Shown: positions 45,853 to 55,427, numbered from the stretch's first letter. The stretch: DNA of 64,000 nucleotides from an uncultured Prevotellaceae bacterium (GCA_902800595.1 CADCFA010000003.1:1931-65930), one strand, 5' to 3'. Program-made: numbers and translations. The notes: generated from the sequence alone by a model not told the origin.

Positions 45853-47026
45853 ACGATTCTTCGAACGCCCTTTCTGGAGCGACTGGCGCACCATCACGGT
45901 GGTCTATGCCTGCATCCCGATCATCATCGGGTTGCTGAAATGGCATAAGCCGAACTACACCTACCATATCTTCAAGTCGGTGTTCTGGAACACCATCGAC
46001 CAGCTGTCGCTGTATGAGTTCTACGACTACCTGTTTGGCGACTGCAACCACTATGGCCCCGTGTTTGCCTACATCATTGCGCCTTTTGCCTTGTTGCCCG
46101 ACACATGGGGCATGCTGCTGTGGGAGTGTGCCCTGGTAACCGTATTCTATATCGGTGTGCGCTACATGCCGCTGCTGAAGTGGCAGAAGGTATTTATGTT
46201 CTGGTTCTGTCTCCATGAGGTGCTGACCCCGCTATTCGTCGAGCAGTTCGATCTGGCTATGGCGGGTATGCTCCTGCTTACCTTTGCCTGTGTTCAGAAG
46301 CAGAAGCCCGTGTGGGCAGCATTCTTCATCATGCTGGCCATGTTTATCAAGCTCTACGGCGTGATGGGCTTTGCCTTCTTTTTCTTTATCGAGGATAAGA
46401 AGAAGTTCCTGCTCGCCTGCTTAGGGTGGGCGGCACTCTTCTTCGTGGCACCGATGGCGATATCGAGTCCGGAATACGTGGTACAGCAGTATTTCAACTG
46501 GTACGACTCGCTGGTTGCGAAGAATACCCAGAACCTGACAGAGCACTTCAACACGACGAACACGTCGCTGCTCGGCATGCCCCGTAAGATCTCCGGCAAC
46601 ACAGAATACAGCGACCTGTGGCTGATTGTTCCAGGCATCCTGTTGTTCCTGTCGCCCTTCCGCCGTATCGGCCAATACAAGCATGCGGCTTTCCGCTACG
46701 CCATGCTCGCCTCGGTGGCGATGTTCCATCTGCTGTTCTCAACAGGTTCTGAGAGCTACGGCTATATTGCCGCTATGACAGGCTTCGCGATCTGGTACAC
46801 CACCGCCCCGTTCAAGCGTGGGCGATGGGCACTCTACCTGCTTATCTACGCCTTCATCTTCACATCGCTCTGTACCAGTGACGTGCTCTTCCCGCGTTGG
46901 ATCTGGAAACAATGGATAGAGCCATACGCCTTGAAGGCACTGCCCACCACCATCCTCTGGTTTGTACTGATGTGGGAGATGAACACTAAAGACTATGCTT
47001 ATGCAAAAGAAAGAGACATTCGGTGA
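45815..47026 (+). CDS. GT87/DUF2029 family GT-C glycosyltransferase (paralog)
   Basis: NHYGPVFA, EQFD, KLYGVMG, LFSTGSE; collinear with the upstream gene. Confidence 0.85.
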   Translation: MQNKLNQSLQCAKRFFERPFWSDWRTITVVYACIPIIIGLLKWHKPNYTYHIFKSVFWNTIDQLSLYEFYDYLFGDCNHYGPVFAYIIAPFALLPDTWGMLLWECALVTVFYIGVRYMPLLKWQKVFMFWFCLHEVLTPLFVEQFDLAMAGMLLLTFACVQKQKPVWAAFFIMLAMFIKLYGVMGFAFFFFIEDKKKFLLACLGWAALFFVAPMAISSPEYVVQQYFNWYDSLVAKNTQNLTEHFNTTNTSLLGMPRKISGNTEYSDLWLIVPGILLFLSPFRRIGQYKHAAFRYAMLASVAMFHLLFSTGSESYGYIAAMTGFAIWYTTAPFKRGRWALYLLIYAFIFTSLCTSDVLFPRWIWKQWIEPYALKALPTTILWFVLMWEMNTKDYAYAKERDIR

Positions 47027-47384
47027 ACTGATCAGGTTTGGCATCGTGGGCACCACTGCGGCTGCGATCCACTATGCCATCTATTGGGTGCTGCAGCACT
47101 GGATCAACGTGAACGTGGCCTATACCATCGGTTACGTGCTGAGTTTTCTGGTGAACTATTACCTGTCGGCACACTTCACCTTTAAGGAGAAGACCTCTGC
47201 CAAAAACGGACTGGGCTTTGGCGGGGCACATCTGGTGAACTATCTGTTGCATATCGTGCTCTTCAACTTCTTCCTCTGGATAGGTCTCAGTCGCGAGCTG
47301 GCACCCATCGCCGTACTCGCTATCGCCGTCCCCACGAACTTCGTACTGGTAAGGTTTGTATTCAAACATTTTAAACGCTCATGA
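46995..47384 (+). CDS. GtrA family flippase-like protein
   Basis: About 128 aa, 4 TM helices, IRFGIVG, NYYLSAHFTF, NFVLVRFVF; alternative start 47001. Confidence 0.9.
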   Translation: MLMQKKETFGELIRFGIVGTTAAAIHYAIYWVLQHWINVNVAYTIGYVLSFLVNYYLSAHFTFKEKTSAKNGLGFGGAHLVNYLLHIVLFNFFLWIGLSRELAPIAVLAIAVPTNFVLVRFVFKHFKRS

Positions 47385-48490
47385 CAGATCGGCTGAAGAT
47401 AGGATTCGACGCCAAGCGCATCGTGCGCAACGGCACAGGACTGGGGAGCTACGGACGCACCCTGGTGAACGACCTGGCAAGCTATCCGCTGGAACTGCGA
47501 CTCTACGCTCCTGACCAGGGCAAGGAGCAGCTGAGGCATCAGATCAGGCTGAAGGAGAATGTGCGTTTCTGTTATCCAGCCCCTTCTATACTGCCTTTCC
47601 ACAAAGCGCTCTGGCGCAGCAAGGGCATTGTGAGCGACCTGAAGCGTGACGGCATCCAGGTGTTTCATGGTTTGTCGGGCGAACTACCGATAGGTATCCA
47701 AAAGAGCGGCATCAGGAGTGTGGTGACGATCCACGACCTGATCTTCCTGCGCCATCCGGAGTTCTACCACTGGATCGACACGAAGATCTACGGATGGAAG
47801 TTCCGTCAGACCATGCGCGAGGCGGATCATATCATTGCCATCAGCGAATGTACGAAGCGCGACATCATGGCATATAGCGAGGTGGATGAGCGGAAGATCA
47901 GCGTGATCTATCAGAGTTGCGCCCCCAAGTTTACGGCGCTTTCCTCTCCCCTCTCCCCTTCCACCTCCCGCTATATCCTGAGTGTGGGCAGCATCGAGGC
48001 ACGCAAGAACATCCTGTTGGCAGTGAAAGCCCTTCCCTATCTGCCTGAGGAACTGAACTTAGTCATCGTGGGCAGACACACATCCTATACCGACGAGGTG
48101 ATAGCGTATGCGGAAAAGGAGAACCTCGTCCATCGCATCCAGATCATGCATGGCGTGAGCGATGAGGAGTTGCCTAAGCTCTATGCGGAGGCAGAGGCGT
48201 TTGTGTATCCCTCGCGTTACGAGGGTTTCGGTATTCCCATCATCGAAGCCATCAGCTGCGGACTCCCCGTCGTGGCCTGCACAGGCTCATGTCTGGAGGA
48301 GGCTGGCGGACCCGACTCGCTGTATGTGGATCCCGACGATGCAGAGGCGATGGCACACGCCATCAGTCAGGTGCTGAAGGGTGCCGAAGGTCGGGAGGCG
48401 CGCATCAGCAACAGTCAGAAGTATATAGAGCGGTTTGCCGGCAACGATGTGGCTGGTCAGGTGATGGCAGTGTATCGCCAGCTGCTGTAA
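47381..48490 (+). CDS. Glycosyltransferase family 4
   Basis: TGLGSY, TIHDL, RKN, PSRYEGFGIPIIEA. Confidence 0.93.
   Translation: MTDRLKIGFDAKRIVRNGTGLGSYGRTLVNDLASYPLELRLYAPDQGKEQLRHQIRLKENVRFCYPAPSILPFHKALWRSKGIVSDLKRDGIQVFHGLSGELPIGIQKSGIRSVVTIHDLIFLRHPEFYHWIDTKIYGWKFRQTMREADHIIAISECTKRDIMAYSEVDERKISVIYQSCAPKFTALSSPLSPSTSRYILSVGSIEARKNILLAVKALPYLPEELNLVIVGRHTSYTDEVIAYAEKENLVHRIQIMHGVSDEELPKLYAEAEAFVYPSRYEGFGIPIIEAISCGLPVVACTGSCLEEAGGPDSLYVDPDDAEAMAHAISQVLKGAEGREARISNSQKYIERFAGNDVAGQVMAVYRQLL
47943..47970 (+). repeat. 7-bp pyrimidine-rich micro-repeat in the GT4 interdomain linker
   Basis: cctctcc cctctcc ccttcca cctcccg (SSPLSPSTSR). Confidence 0.6.
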
Positions 48491-50404
48491 TCAGAATTTC
48501 CATTTGATTTGAACATCGAAACCGGTATCTGATGCTTTCGCAGAGAGCATCAGGTGGCGACTGACATCTGCTCGTGCCATGAGCCAGTAGCGGAAGCCCT
48601 CACCATAAAGCTGCATCATAGAATAGGTATAAAGCGGTGCGTTCTCATAGAGATACACACGACTGGCATAGTTGTCGGTGTGGTAGTAGCTGGCGCCTGC
48701 ATGCAGGGTGAGCCAACGATACTGGTATGAGAAACGCTGCGTGAGCACCCTGCCCCATGCATGCTGTTCCTGAGGCAGATAGCACCCGTCGAGTTGCGAG
48801 AGACTGGAGAAGCCGCTCTTACCAGCATAGCCTGCACTCAGACGTAAACGGTGCTCTGTGAGATTCTGCAGCGCCGTCTTGGAAACATTGTCTCGCTGTT
48901 TCTGTTGCAGGCGATAGCGTGCGGAGAAGGTCCACAGGCGATGGTGAAGGGTGCCTTGCAACAGATGATCCCAGGCATACGACGACTGCAACACCCGATA
49001 GCGGGCCCAGGCGTAATAGGCAAAGTCGGTATAGGCCATGAGCTGCAGATGGGGCGATGGCTTCCAGGTGAGTCCCAGATAGAGTCCACTCTCATTCTGT
49101 ACCCTCCCGCCAGAGCTATAACTTCGGGCATCGAGCGAGGCATAGCGGAAGGCATAGAACCGTTGCAGTGCCATCAGACTCCAGCCATCCCCTAACAACA
49201 CACTGGCACTGTTGACCGTTGCCAGATGACCTTGACGGTCAATCGCTGTCTCACCATTCAACGCGAAGCGGCTATTGGCATAGCCATACGACAGGCTCGT
49301 GTTCAGGAAGTCGCGCCCCTGGGGATAATGCTGGCGATAGAGCAAGGCGGTATTTGGTCTCAGCCTGCGGGAGAGATGGGTATAGCAGGTGTTCAGTCCC
49401 AATTGCACACCATGGGAGGTATAAAGCAGACTACCACCCGTCTTCAGGACATCGAGATTATGTTTCTTGTCCATCTCCCCCTGCGTACGATGATAGGCGG
49501 AGCTGAGGATGGTGGCTGCCGTACCGTCACGGTTGAGGGTGGCGTCAACAGCCCGATAGGAGAAGAAACTTGTGAGCGACAACTGCTTTGAGAGACGGAC
49601 GGTGGCAGCAGCACCCTGCAGATAATTATCGGTACGTGAGGCGTGGGCCATGAGGGTAGTCTGCGAGCGTCCTAACGACTGGAGCATTGCCACCTTACCA
49701 AATCCTGACTGACTGTTCATCACCAGCCCCATGCCCATCGACACACGATAATGCCCAAGGCACAGCGATTCCAGGCATCCGAGGTTACGCAACTGACCAT
49801 AGAGGGCATAGTGGTCATAGCCCCAACGGTTGCCATGAGCAAAGAAGGGTTCTCCTGCATCGTTGGCACCTAAGATGCCTAACTTCAGATAGTCGCCATA
49901 GCTGAACTGATAGCGCAGCCAATGGCGCAGAGGTGAACCCAGATAATCATCCTTCTGCCCTTGCAGGGGAACACGTGCAGTAGCCATCAGCTCGTGATGG
50001 CCATAACGGGTGATGGTATGCAAGGAGGGAAAAGAGGGATGCGAAGACTCGCCGACATAACAGACACTTGACAGCAGCTCGCGACGGGGCTCATCAAGAG
50101 AACGGATCATCAGCAGTTCGCCCTTCGACTTCATGGGGCCGTAACGATACAGATATTCCTGCAGCTCCTCTATCTGCTGGGCAGAGAGGAAGGGCAAGTC
50201 CTCCAGCTGTGAACGGGTAGCCGTATTCAGGTCGAAGGGATGCTGGGAGAGTTCGCACAACAGGTCATAGACATCCTCCCACTGCGACGACTCCACATCC
50301 TCCACCGTCATCACCTCATTCAGATACTCACGCCAAGGGCGTTCCTCCTGCGCTCCAAGCGCCATCGGCAACATACACAGCCATACTACGATTTGTGATT
50401 TCAT
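48491..50404 (-). CDS. ComEA-like helix-hairpin-helix protein fused to a probable outer-membrane beta-barrel
   Basis: Signal peptide LGA|Q; DLNTATRSQLEDLPFLS HhH; beta-rich C-terminus ending IKWKF. Confidence 0.82.
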   Translation of the reverse strand: MKSQIVVWLCMLPMALGAQEERPWREYLNEVMTVEDVESSQWEDVYDLLCELSQHPFDLNTATRSQLEDLPFLSAQQIEELQEYLYRYGPMKSKGELLMIRSLDEPRRELLSSVCYVGESSHPSFPSLHTITRYGHHELMATARVPLQGQKDDYLGSPLRHWLRYQFSYGDYLKLGILGANDAGEPFFAHGNRWGYDHYALYGQLRNLGCLESLCLGHYRVSMGMGLVMNSQSGFGKVAMLQSLGRSQTTLMAHASRTDNYLQGAAATVRLSKQLSLTSFFSYRAVDATLNRDGTAATILSSAYHRTQGEMDKKHNLDVLKTGGSLLYTSHGVQLGLNTCYTHLSRRLRPNTALLYRQHYPQGRDFLNTSLSYGYANSRFALNGETAIDRQGHLATVNSASVLLGDGWSLMALQRFYAFRYASLDARSYSSGGRVQNESGLYLGLTWKPSPHLQLMAYTDFAYYAWARYRVLQSSYAWDHLLQGTLHHRLWTFSARYRLQQKQRDNVSKTALQNLTEHRLRLSAGYAGKSGFSSLSQLDGCYLPQEQHAWGRVLTQRFSYQYRWLTLHAGASYYHTDNYASRVYLYENAPLYTYSMMQLYGEGFRYWLMARADVSRHLMLSAKASDTGFDVQIKWKF

Positions 50405-50430
50405 AATGCTACATTTGAATGTTAACGCTG

Positions 50431-50475
50431 CAAAGATAAAAATAAATTCGCGAACTGCCAAACAATTCGCGAATT
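50431..50475 (-). promoter_or_regulatory. -7 element (50431-50438) with adjacent AATTCGCGAA...TTCGCGAATT repeat/hairpin (50445-50475)
   Basis: TATCTTTG on the minus strand; two copies of the TTCGCGAA palindrome. Could be an operator or the terminator of the upstream gene. Confidence 0.55.
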
Positions 50476-50505
50476 AATTATATCAACCTACTAAAAAAGG
50501 GGAGG

Positions 50506-51387
50506 TCAGTCGGTGCTGATGGCAACGATGGCATCGCCATTGTCGAAGGCTACCTTGATATCCTTACCGCCCTTCTGAACCTTACAGAGAGAGATATCCT
50601 CACCCAAGGTCTCGCGGACACGGATACGACCGATCTGCTTGCGGGTCTCACGACCAGCCACCTGACCTACCACATAGACATTGAAGTGGACATCCTCACC
50701 GATAAAACGACTGCCCACATCAATATACAGCTCCTTGGTCTTATCTTTCTTCTCAGTGCCGCGCTCGATGATGTTGGCACGGATGGGATAGCACTCATTG
50801 TAATACTCGTAGATATTATCGGCCAACTCATAAAGAGCTGTGCGGATAGCCTCATCGGCAGACTTGGCAAGCGAGTATTCTGAGCAGCGGCCAGACAGGG
50901 TACTGGTGGTCACCTCACCCGTCTTCAAGTTGGTGAAGTTAATAGCTACTGAGGCGATGGCACCGTAATAGGTCTTCATCTCAGTATATTCGCGCCCCTT
51001 GCTATCCTTGCGGTCGTAGCTCTTCACCTTACGTGTAGCGGAAATGTCGGTGAGAACGGCAGTCACCTGATACCTGGCATCAGTGGCCTCACTATCATCT
51101 ACCACCTGCAGGCGACGCACATGCGTAAGTCCCTCCATGACACGATTGCGGGCCAGCGGGATGTACTCTTCATTGTTGATGTCAGTCACACGCCCCTCTA
51201 CTACATCAGCCATGACACTGAGCACTTTGCCCACTGTCACCTTCTTCTTAACCTCATTCTTCTGATAGGTGATGTCGCCTAACAGCACCTTGTAAACGGG
51301 GTTCAGCCCGTTGTCCTGTGCGCTGACATTTGCTGTGGTCAGCACGCACGCCAATACGATTGTTAATAGTATTCTTAATTGATTCAT
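50506..51387 (-). CDS. Exported hypothetical protein, possibly CsgG/FlgT-like
   Basis: Signal peptide VSA|Q; alpha/beta domain plus C-terminal YIDVGS...IGRIRV beta domain. Confidence 0.65.
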   Translation of the reverse strand: MNQLRILLTIVLACVLTTANVSAQDNGLNPVYKVLLGDITYQKNEVKKKVTVGKVLSVMADVVEGRVTDINNEEYIPLARNRVMEGLTHVRRLQVVDDSEATDARYQVTAVLTDISATRKVKSYDRKDSKGREYTEMKTYYGAIASVAINFTNLKTGEVTTSTLSGRCSEYSLAKSADEAIRTALYELADNIYEYYNECYPIRANIIERGTEKKDKTKELYIDVGSRFIGEDVHFNVYVVGQVAGRETRKQIGRIRVRETLGEDISLCKVQKGGKDIKVAFDNGDAIVAISTD

Positions 51388-51415
51388 ATTGCTAAGATAA
51401 AGCGTTTATCGACTG

Positions 51416-51495
51416 CAAAGATACGAATAATTTTCTGAATTAATGCAAAATAAGGATAGATTTCGGCGAGGATTGGGAAAAATGGTGTACTTTTG
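51416..51495. promoter_or_regulatory. Divergent -7 promoter elements (51416-51423 minus; 51488-51495 plus)
   Basis: TATCTTTG and TACTTTTG. Confidence 0.7.
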
Positions 51496-51503
51496 CAGGC
51501 GAA

Positions 51504-52133
51504 ATGCGAAAGACGATCGTCATAGGAATGCTGTGCACACTGGGCTTGCCGTTGCAGGCGCAGGAGCAGAAGACTGCCGAACAGGTGTTGGCAGAGATGG
51601 ACTCGCCTACCTTTGTTCCAACAGTAAAGGTGGGTAAGGTGCTCCATGAGGGAGACAGCATCCAGTATATGGAAATGAACAACGTGTATGTGTATCCGCA
51701 ACTGACTTTCAAGAACAAGAAACAGGCTCAGTCGTATATGCGCTTGGTGACGAATGTGAAGAAGGTGCTGCCTTTAGCCAAGGAAGCCCGACAGATGCTG
51801 ATAGAGACTACCGAGCTGCTGGATATGCTACCTGACGACAAGGCTAAGGAAGCCCACATCAAACGTGTAGAGGAGGACATCTTCCGTACCTACAAGCCGA
51901 AGATGAAGAAGCTGACCTACTCGCAGGGCAAACTCCTTATCAAACTCATCGACCGAGAGTGCCACTCTTCATCCTATGAGATGATCAAAGCCTTTATGGG
52001 ACCTATCAGAGCTGGTTTCTGGCAGGTGTTCGCCTGGGGCTTTGGTGCATCGCTGAAGAAGGAATACGATCCCAAAGGTACCGACCGACTGACAGAACGA
52101 GTGGTACTGATGGTAGAAGCCGGACAGATCTAA
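51504..52133 (+). CDS. DUF4294 family protein
   Basis: NVKKVLPLA, KLTYSQGKLLIKLIDRE, FWQ, SLKKEYDP. Confidence 0.85.
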   Translation: MRKTIVIGMLCTLGLPLQAQEQKTAEQVLAEMDSPTFVPTVKVGKVLHEGDSIQYMEMNNVYVYPQLTFKNKKQAQSYMRLVTNVKKVLPLAKEARQMLIETTELLDMLPDDKAKEAHIKRVEEDIFRTYKPKMKKLTYSQGKLLIKLIDRECHSSSYEMIKAFMGPIRAGFWQVFAWGFGASLKKEYDPKGTDRLTERVVLMVEAGQI

Positions 52134-52163
52134 GAAAGCCCCGCCAATTGGCGAGGCTTTCTT
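52132..52163. terminator. Bidirectional intrinsic terminator
   Basis: AAGAAAGCC-CCGCCAATTGGCG-AGGCTTTCTT between convergent genes. Confidence 0.85.
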
Positions 52164-53157
52164 ATTTCTCTGAGAAGAGTACCTGAATAACTGTTTGGCC
52201 GACCGCCTGGAGGGTGGACTTGTCGATATGGTCCATCGTGTCACTGACGGTATGCCAGGTAGGTCCGAAGCTACTCTGCTGACAATCGGGGTAATAGGGG
52301 ATGATGTCGATACAAGGAATCTTGGCAACGTTATTCACAGGGATATGGTCATCGGTGATGGAAACGCCCAGCTGCTGGGGGAAGCGACTGCCATAGCCCA
52401 CGACCTGAGCCGCCTGCCACACCTTATCAACCACGCCTGCGGCATACTGCATGGACATGCCTTCCTTATAGAACTGTGCGCCCTCGCCGCCTACCATGTC
52501 GAGCAGGATGCCAAAGCGATAGCGTTTTGCCTGCTGCTTGGGACAGTTCTCTGCCCAGTACTGCGAGCCTAATGCCCAGGAGTTGCCGCCATCTGAGGCA
52601 TCGCTCCACTGAGGCACACCCCAGTCCTCGGCATCGAAGCATACGAAATCGACACCTATCTGCAGACTGTCGTTCTGCAACAGACGGGCAATCTCCAGCA
52701 TCACAGCCACCCCACTCGCCCCGTCATTGGCTGCCATCACGGGTGTCTTCCAGTTAGCCTCATCGGGATCGTTATCCGCCCATGGACGACTGTCCCAGTG
52801 GGCACAGAGCAACAGACGAGCCGTCTGTTCGGGCAGATAGCTGGCGATGATATTGGTACTCTTCAGGGGCGTGCCGTCGTAGCCTTTGAGTGTGGTCTCC
52901 TGGCGGGTGACACTCATACCATACTGCTGGAACTTCGTCACGATCCAGTCGCCACAGGCTTCATGCGCCTCACTGTTCATGATGCGAGGTCCGAAGTCGC
53001 ACTGCTGCTGACAGAACTGATAGGCGCTGTCGGCGATAAACATCGGACCTACGGGTTTCAAGGAGGTGTCTGTATCTGAGGTCTGCTTACGAAGACCGCA
53101 CGCCACCAGGGAGGTGGCGATGCAGGTCATGCAGACGAATTTTCCGAAATATCTCAT
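52162..53157 (-). CDS. M28-family lipoprotein, probable glutaminyl cyclase
   Basis: Lipobox LVAC; AHWDSRPWAD, NDGASGV, DAEDWG, LLDMVG, DDH, WHT. Confidence 0.85.
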   Translation of the reverse strand: MRYFGKFVCMTCIATSLVACGLRKQTSDTDTSLKPVGPMFIADSAYQFCQQQCDFGPRIMNSEAHEACGDWIVTKFQQYGMSVTRQETTLKGYDGTPLKSTNIIASYLPEQTARLLLCAHWDSRPWADNDPDEANWKTPVMAANDGASGVAVMLEIARLLQNDSLQIGVDFVCFDAEDWGVPQWSDASDGGNSWALGSQYWAENCPKQQAKRYRFGILLDMVGGEGAQFYKEGMSMQYAAGVVDKVWQAAQVVGYGSRFPQQLGVSITDDHIPVNNVAKIPCIDIIPYYPDCQQSSFGPTWHTVSDTMDHIDKSTLQAVGQTVIQVLFSEK

Positions 53158-54917
53158 ATTATTGTATTGTATTGTACCTGTGCCATCACGCGCATGAAAT
53201 TGCCGCCCCAGATCTTCTGGATGTCCTCTTCGCTATAACGGCGGGCGAGCAACTGACGGGTGAAGTTAATCAACTCAGAGGAATCGGCGAGTCCACGCAC
53301 GCCACCGTCGCCGTCGAAGTCGGTACCGAGTCCCACATGATCGATACCCATCACATCGATGGCATGGTCGAGATGAGCCATCACGTCGAGGATCGTGGCC
53401 TCACCGTCTTTCTTCAGGAATCCGTGATAGATGGTGGTCTGAGCCACACCGCCCTTGGCTGCCAAGGCGCGCATCTGGTCGTCGGTGAGATTACGGGGAT
53501 GATCGCAGAGGGCACGGCTACTGCTGTGGCTGCACACGATGGGCTGAGAGCTGATGTCGAGGGCATCGTAGAAGCTCTTCTCGCTGCCATGACTGAGATC
53601 GACGAGGATGCCCAGACGGTTCATCTCACGGATGACCTGCTCACCGAAGGCACTCACGCCGTTGTGGGTATTGTTGCCTCGTGCCGAATCGCAGATATCA
53701 TTGTCGCCATTATGGCAGAGGGTGATATACACCACCCCGCGATCGGCGAAATACTGTATGTTCTCGAGTTTTCCTTCGAGTGCCAGTCCATTTTCGATAC
53801 CGAGCATGATACTCTTTCGCCTCTGATGCTTGTGAGTCCAAAGTTGAGCATAGTTACTGGCAATAGCTATATACTTATTATTCTTGTTGACAATCTCCTC
53901 GATCTTGTCGAAGATCAGGTCGGCATATGCCTTAGGACCAGAGACATCGAAGCTTACCTTATCGGCAAAGGTCTCCCCTGCTTTGGGCTGTGGCAGGTAA
54001 GCCACCATAATGGTTGCATCCTGTCGCCCTTCCGTCATCTTCTGCAGATCGACGAGGATCTTGGGATCACGCTGGTCGAAGTGGATGCCCTGGGGGAAGA
54101 ACATTGGGGTGTCGCAATGGGTATCGAGCGTCAGGACGCGATCGTGGGTACGCTGGGCCTGACGATAGGCAGCCGCCTCGGCTACCAGCCACTGGAACAG
54201 GGGAAGTCCCGCCTCCAGGCACTCGGGATGCCACTGCACGCCAAGGATCGGTTTAAACTCGTTGCTCTCTATCGCCTCGATGATGCCATCAACGGCCTTT
54301 GCCACCACACGGAACTTATCGCCAGGCGACTTCACGGCCTGATGATGGAAACTATTCACCTGGAGAGGTCGTGGATACGATGCATAGATATGATCAAGTA
54401 TCGAATCCTTTTCGATTCTCAAACTATGGGTAGGTTCAGAGCGGTCGGCATTCTGAGAATGCTTCACAGTGGCCTTGTCGCTGATGTCCTGATCCACCTC
54501 TCCACCAAGGGCGATGGCGAGTGTCTGGATGCCACGGCAGATGCCCAGCATCGGGATCTGACGGTTATAGGCCAGACGGGTGATCAACAGCTCCGGCAGA
54601 TCGCGCTCTTTGTTGATGCCACCCAATTTCGTGGAAGGTTCCTCACCCGTCCATAAGGGGTTGAAGTCGCCACCGCCACTAAGGATCAGGCCATCGATAC
54701 GCGACAGAGTGTTGATGATGGTATCTGTGTCGGCAACGGGTGGGACAATCAATGGTACACCACCAGCAGCCACCACAGATTTATAGTAGCCTTGTCCAAG
54801 TTTACAGGTAAGATCGTCATAGTTGCCAGTAATGCCAATAACAGGCTTATGGTCAGCTTCCGGGAAACGCGCATAGAGGGCGTCAAGATACTGTTGCAAA
54901 TCGAAAGTGTTGCTCAT
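53154..54917 (-). CDS. Fusion: peptidase C26 (gamma-glutamyl hydrolase) plus M19 dipeptidase
   Basis: LSGGGD, LGICRG, VNSFHHQ, QWHPE; then DTHCD, GIENG, DLSH, SHS, PRN, GTDFDG. Confidence 0.92.
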   Translation of the reverse strand: MSNTFDLQQYLDALYARFPEADHKPVIGITGNYDDLTCKLGQGYYKSVVAAGGVPLIVPPVADTDTIINTLSRIDGLILSGGGDFNPLWTGEEPSTKLGGINKERDLPELLITRLAYNRQIPMLGICRGIQTLAIALGGEVDQDISDKATVKHSQNADRSEPTHSLRIEKDSILDHIYASYPRPLQVNSFHHQAVKSPGDKFRVVAKAVDGIIEAIESNEFKPILGVQWHPECLEAGLPLFQWLVAEAAAYRQAQRTHDRVLTLDTHCDTPMFFPQGIHFDQRDPKILVDLQKMTEGRQDATIMVAYLPQPKAGETFADKVSFDVSGPKAYADLIFDKIEEIVNKNNKYIAIASNYAQLWTHKHQRRKSIMLGIENGLALEGKLENIQYFADRGVVYITLCHNGDNDICDSARGNNTHNGVSAFGEQVIREMNRLGILVDLSHGSEKSFYDALDISSQPIVCSHSSSRALCDHPRNLTDDQMRALAAKGGVAQTTIYHGFLKKDGEATILDVMAHLDHAIDVMGIDHVGLGTDFDGDGGVRGLADSSELINFTRQLLARRYSEEDIQKIWGGNFMRVMAQVQYNTII

Positions 54918-55390
54918 TTCTTCTCTTCCTCGTCAATGGTAATGGGAATCTCACGCTTCAGACTCTGCTCCAGTGAAATCAGCGTTTCTGTTGCCGTCAC
55001 ACCAGGGATGCCCTGCAACTTGCCGTTCAACAAGTCCATCAGCTGCTCATTGTCACGGGCATAGAGCTTTACCAGCATCGTGTAAGGACCTGTCGTGAAA
55101 TGGCACTCCACCACTTCGGGGATATGTTTCAGACGCTCCACCACATCTTTATACATCGAACCCTTCTCAAGGGTAATACCCACATAAGTACAAGTGGAGT
55201 AGCCCAGGCTCTTGGGGTTGACATCGAAACCGCTGCCTGTGATGACATCGGCATCGATGAGATGTTGTACACGCTGATGGATGGCGGCACGTGACACATT
55301 ACACTCTGCTGCGACATCCTTAAAGGGGATTCGGGCATTCTTCGACAGAATGCTCAAAATCTTCTTGTCTAAAAGATCAATTTTTTCCAT
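54914..55390 (-). CDS. Lrp/AsnC family regulator
   Basis: DLLDKKIL...NARIPF HTH plus RAM domain (ECHFTTG). Confidence 0.95.
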   Translation of the reverse strand: MEKIDLLDKKILSILSKNARIPFKDVAAECNVSRAAIHQRVQHLIDADVITGSGFDVNPKSLGYSTCTYVGITLEKGSMYKDVVERLKHIPEVVECHFTTGPYTMLVKLYARDNEQLMDLLNGKLQGIPGVTATETLISLEQSLKREIPITIDEEEKK

Positions 55391-55419
55391 TGTTCGACGT
55401 TTAAGTTACATTTTGAAAG

Positions 55420-55427
55420 CAAAAGTA
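55420..55427 (-). promoter_or_regulatory. -7 promoter element TACTTTTG for the Lrp/AsnC operon
   Basis: TAnnTTTG consensus. Confidence 0.65.

Noticed and set aside
53172-54656. 494-aa plus-strand ORF and other long antisense ORFs (e.g. 56378-57271, 59479-60378, 28687-29370, 11663-12343)
   Set aside because: They lie opposite well-supported genes and have no motifs; they are shadows of codon bias.
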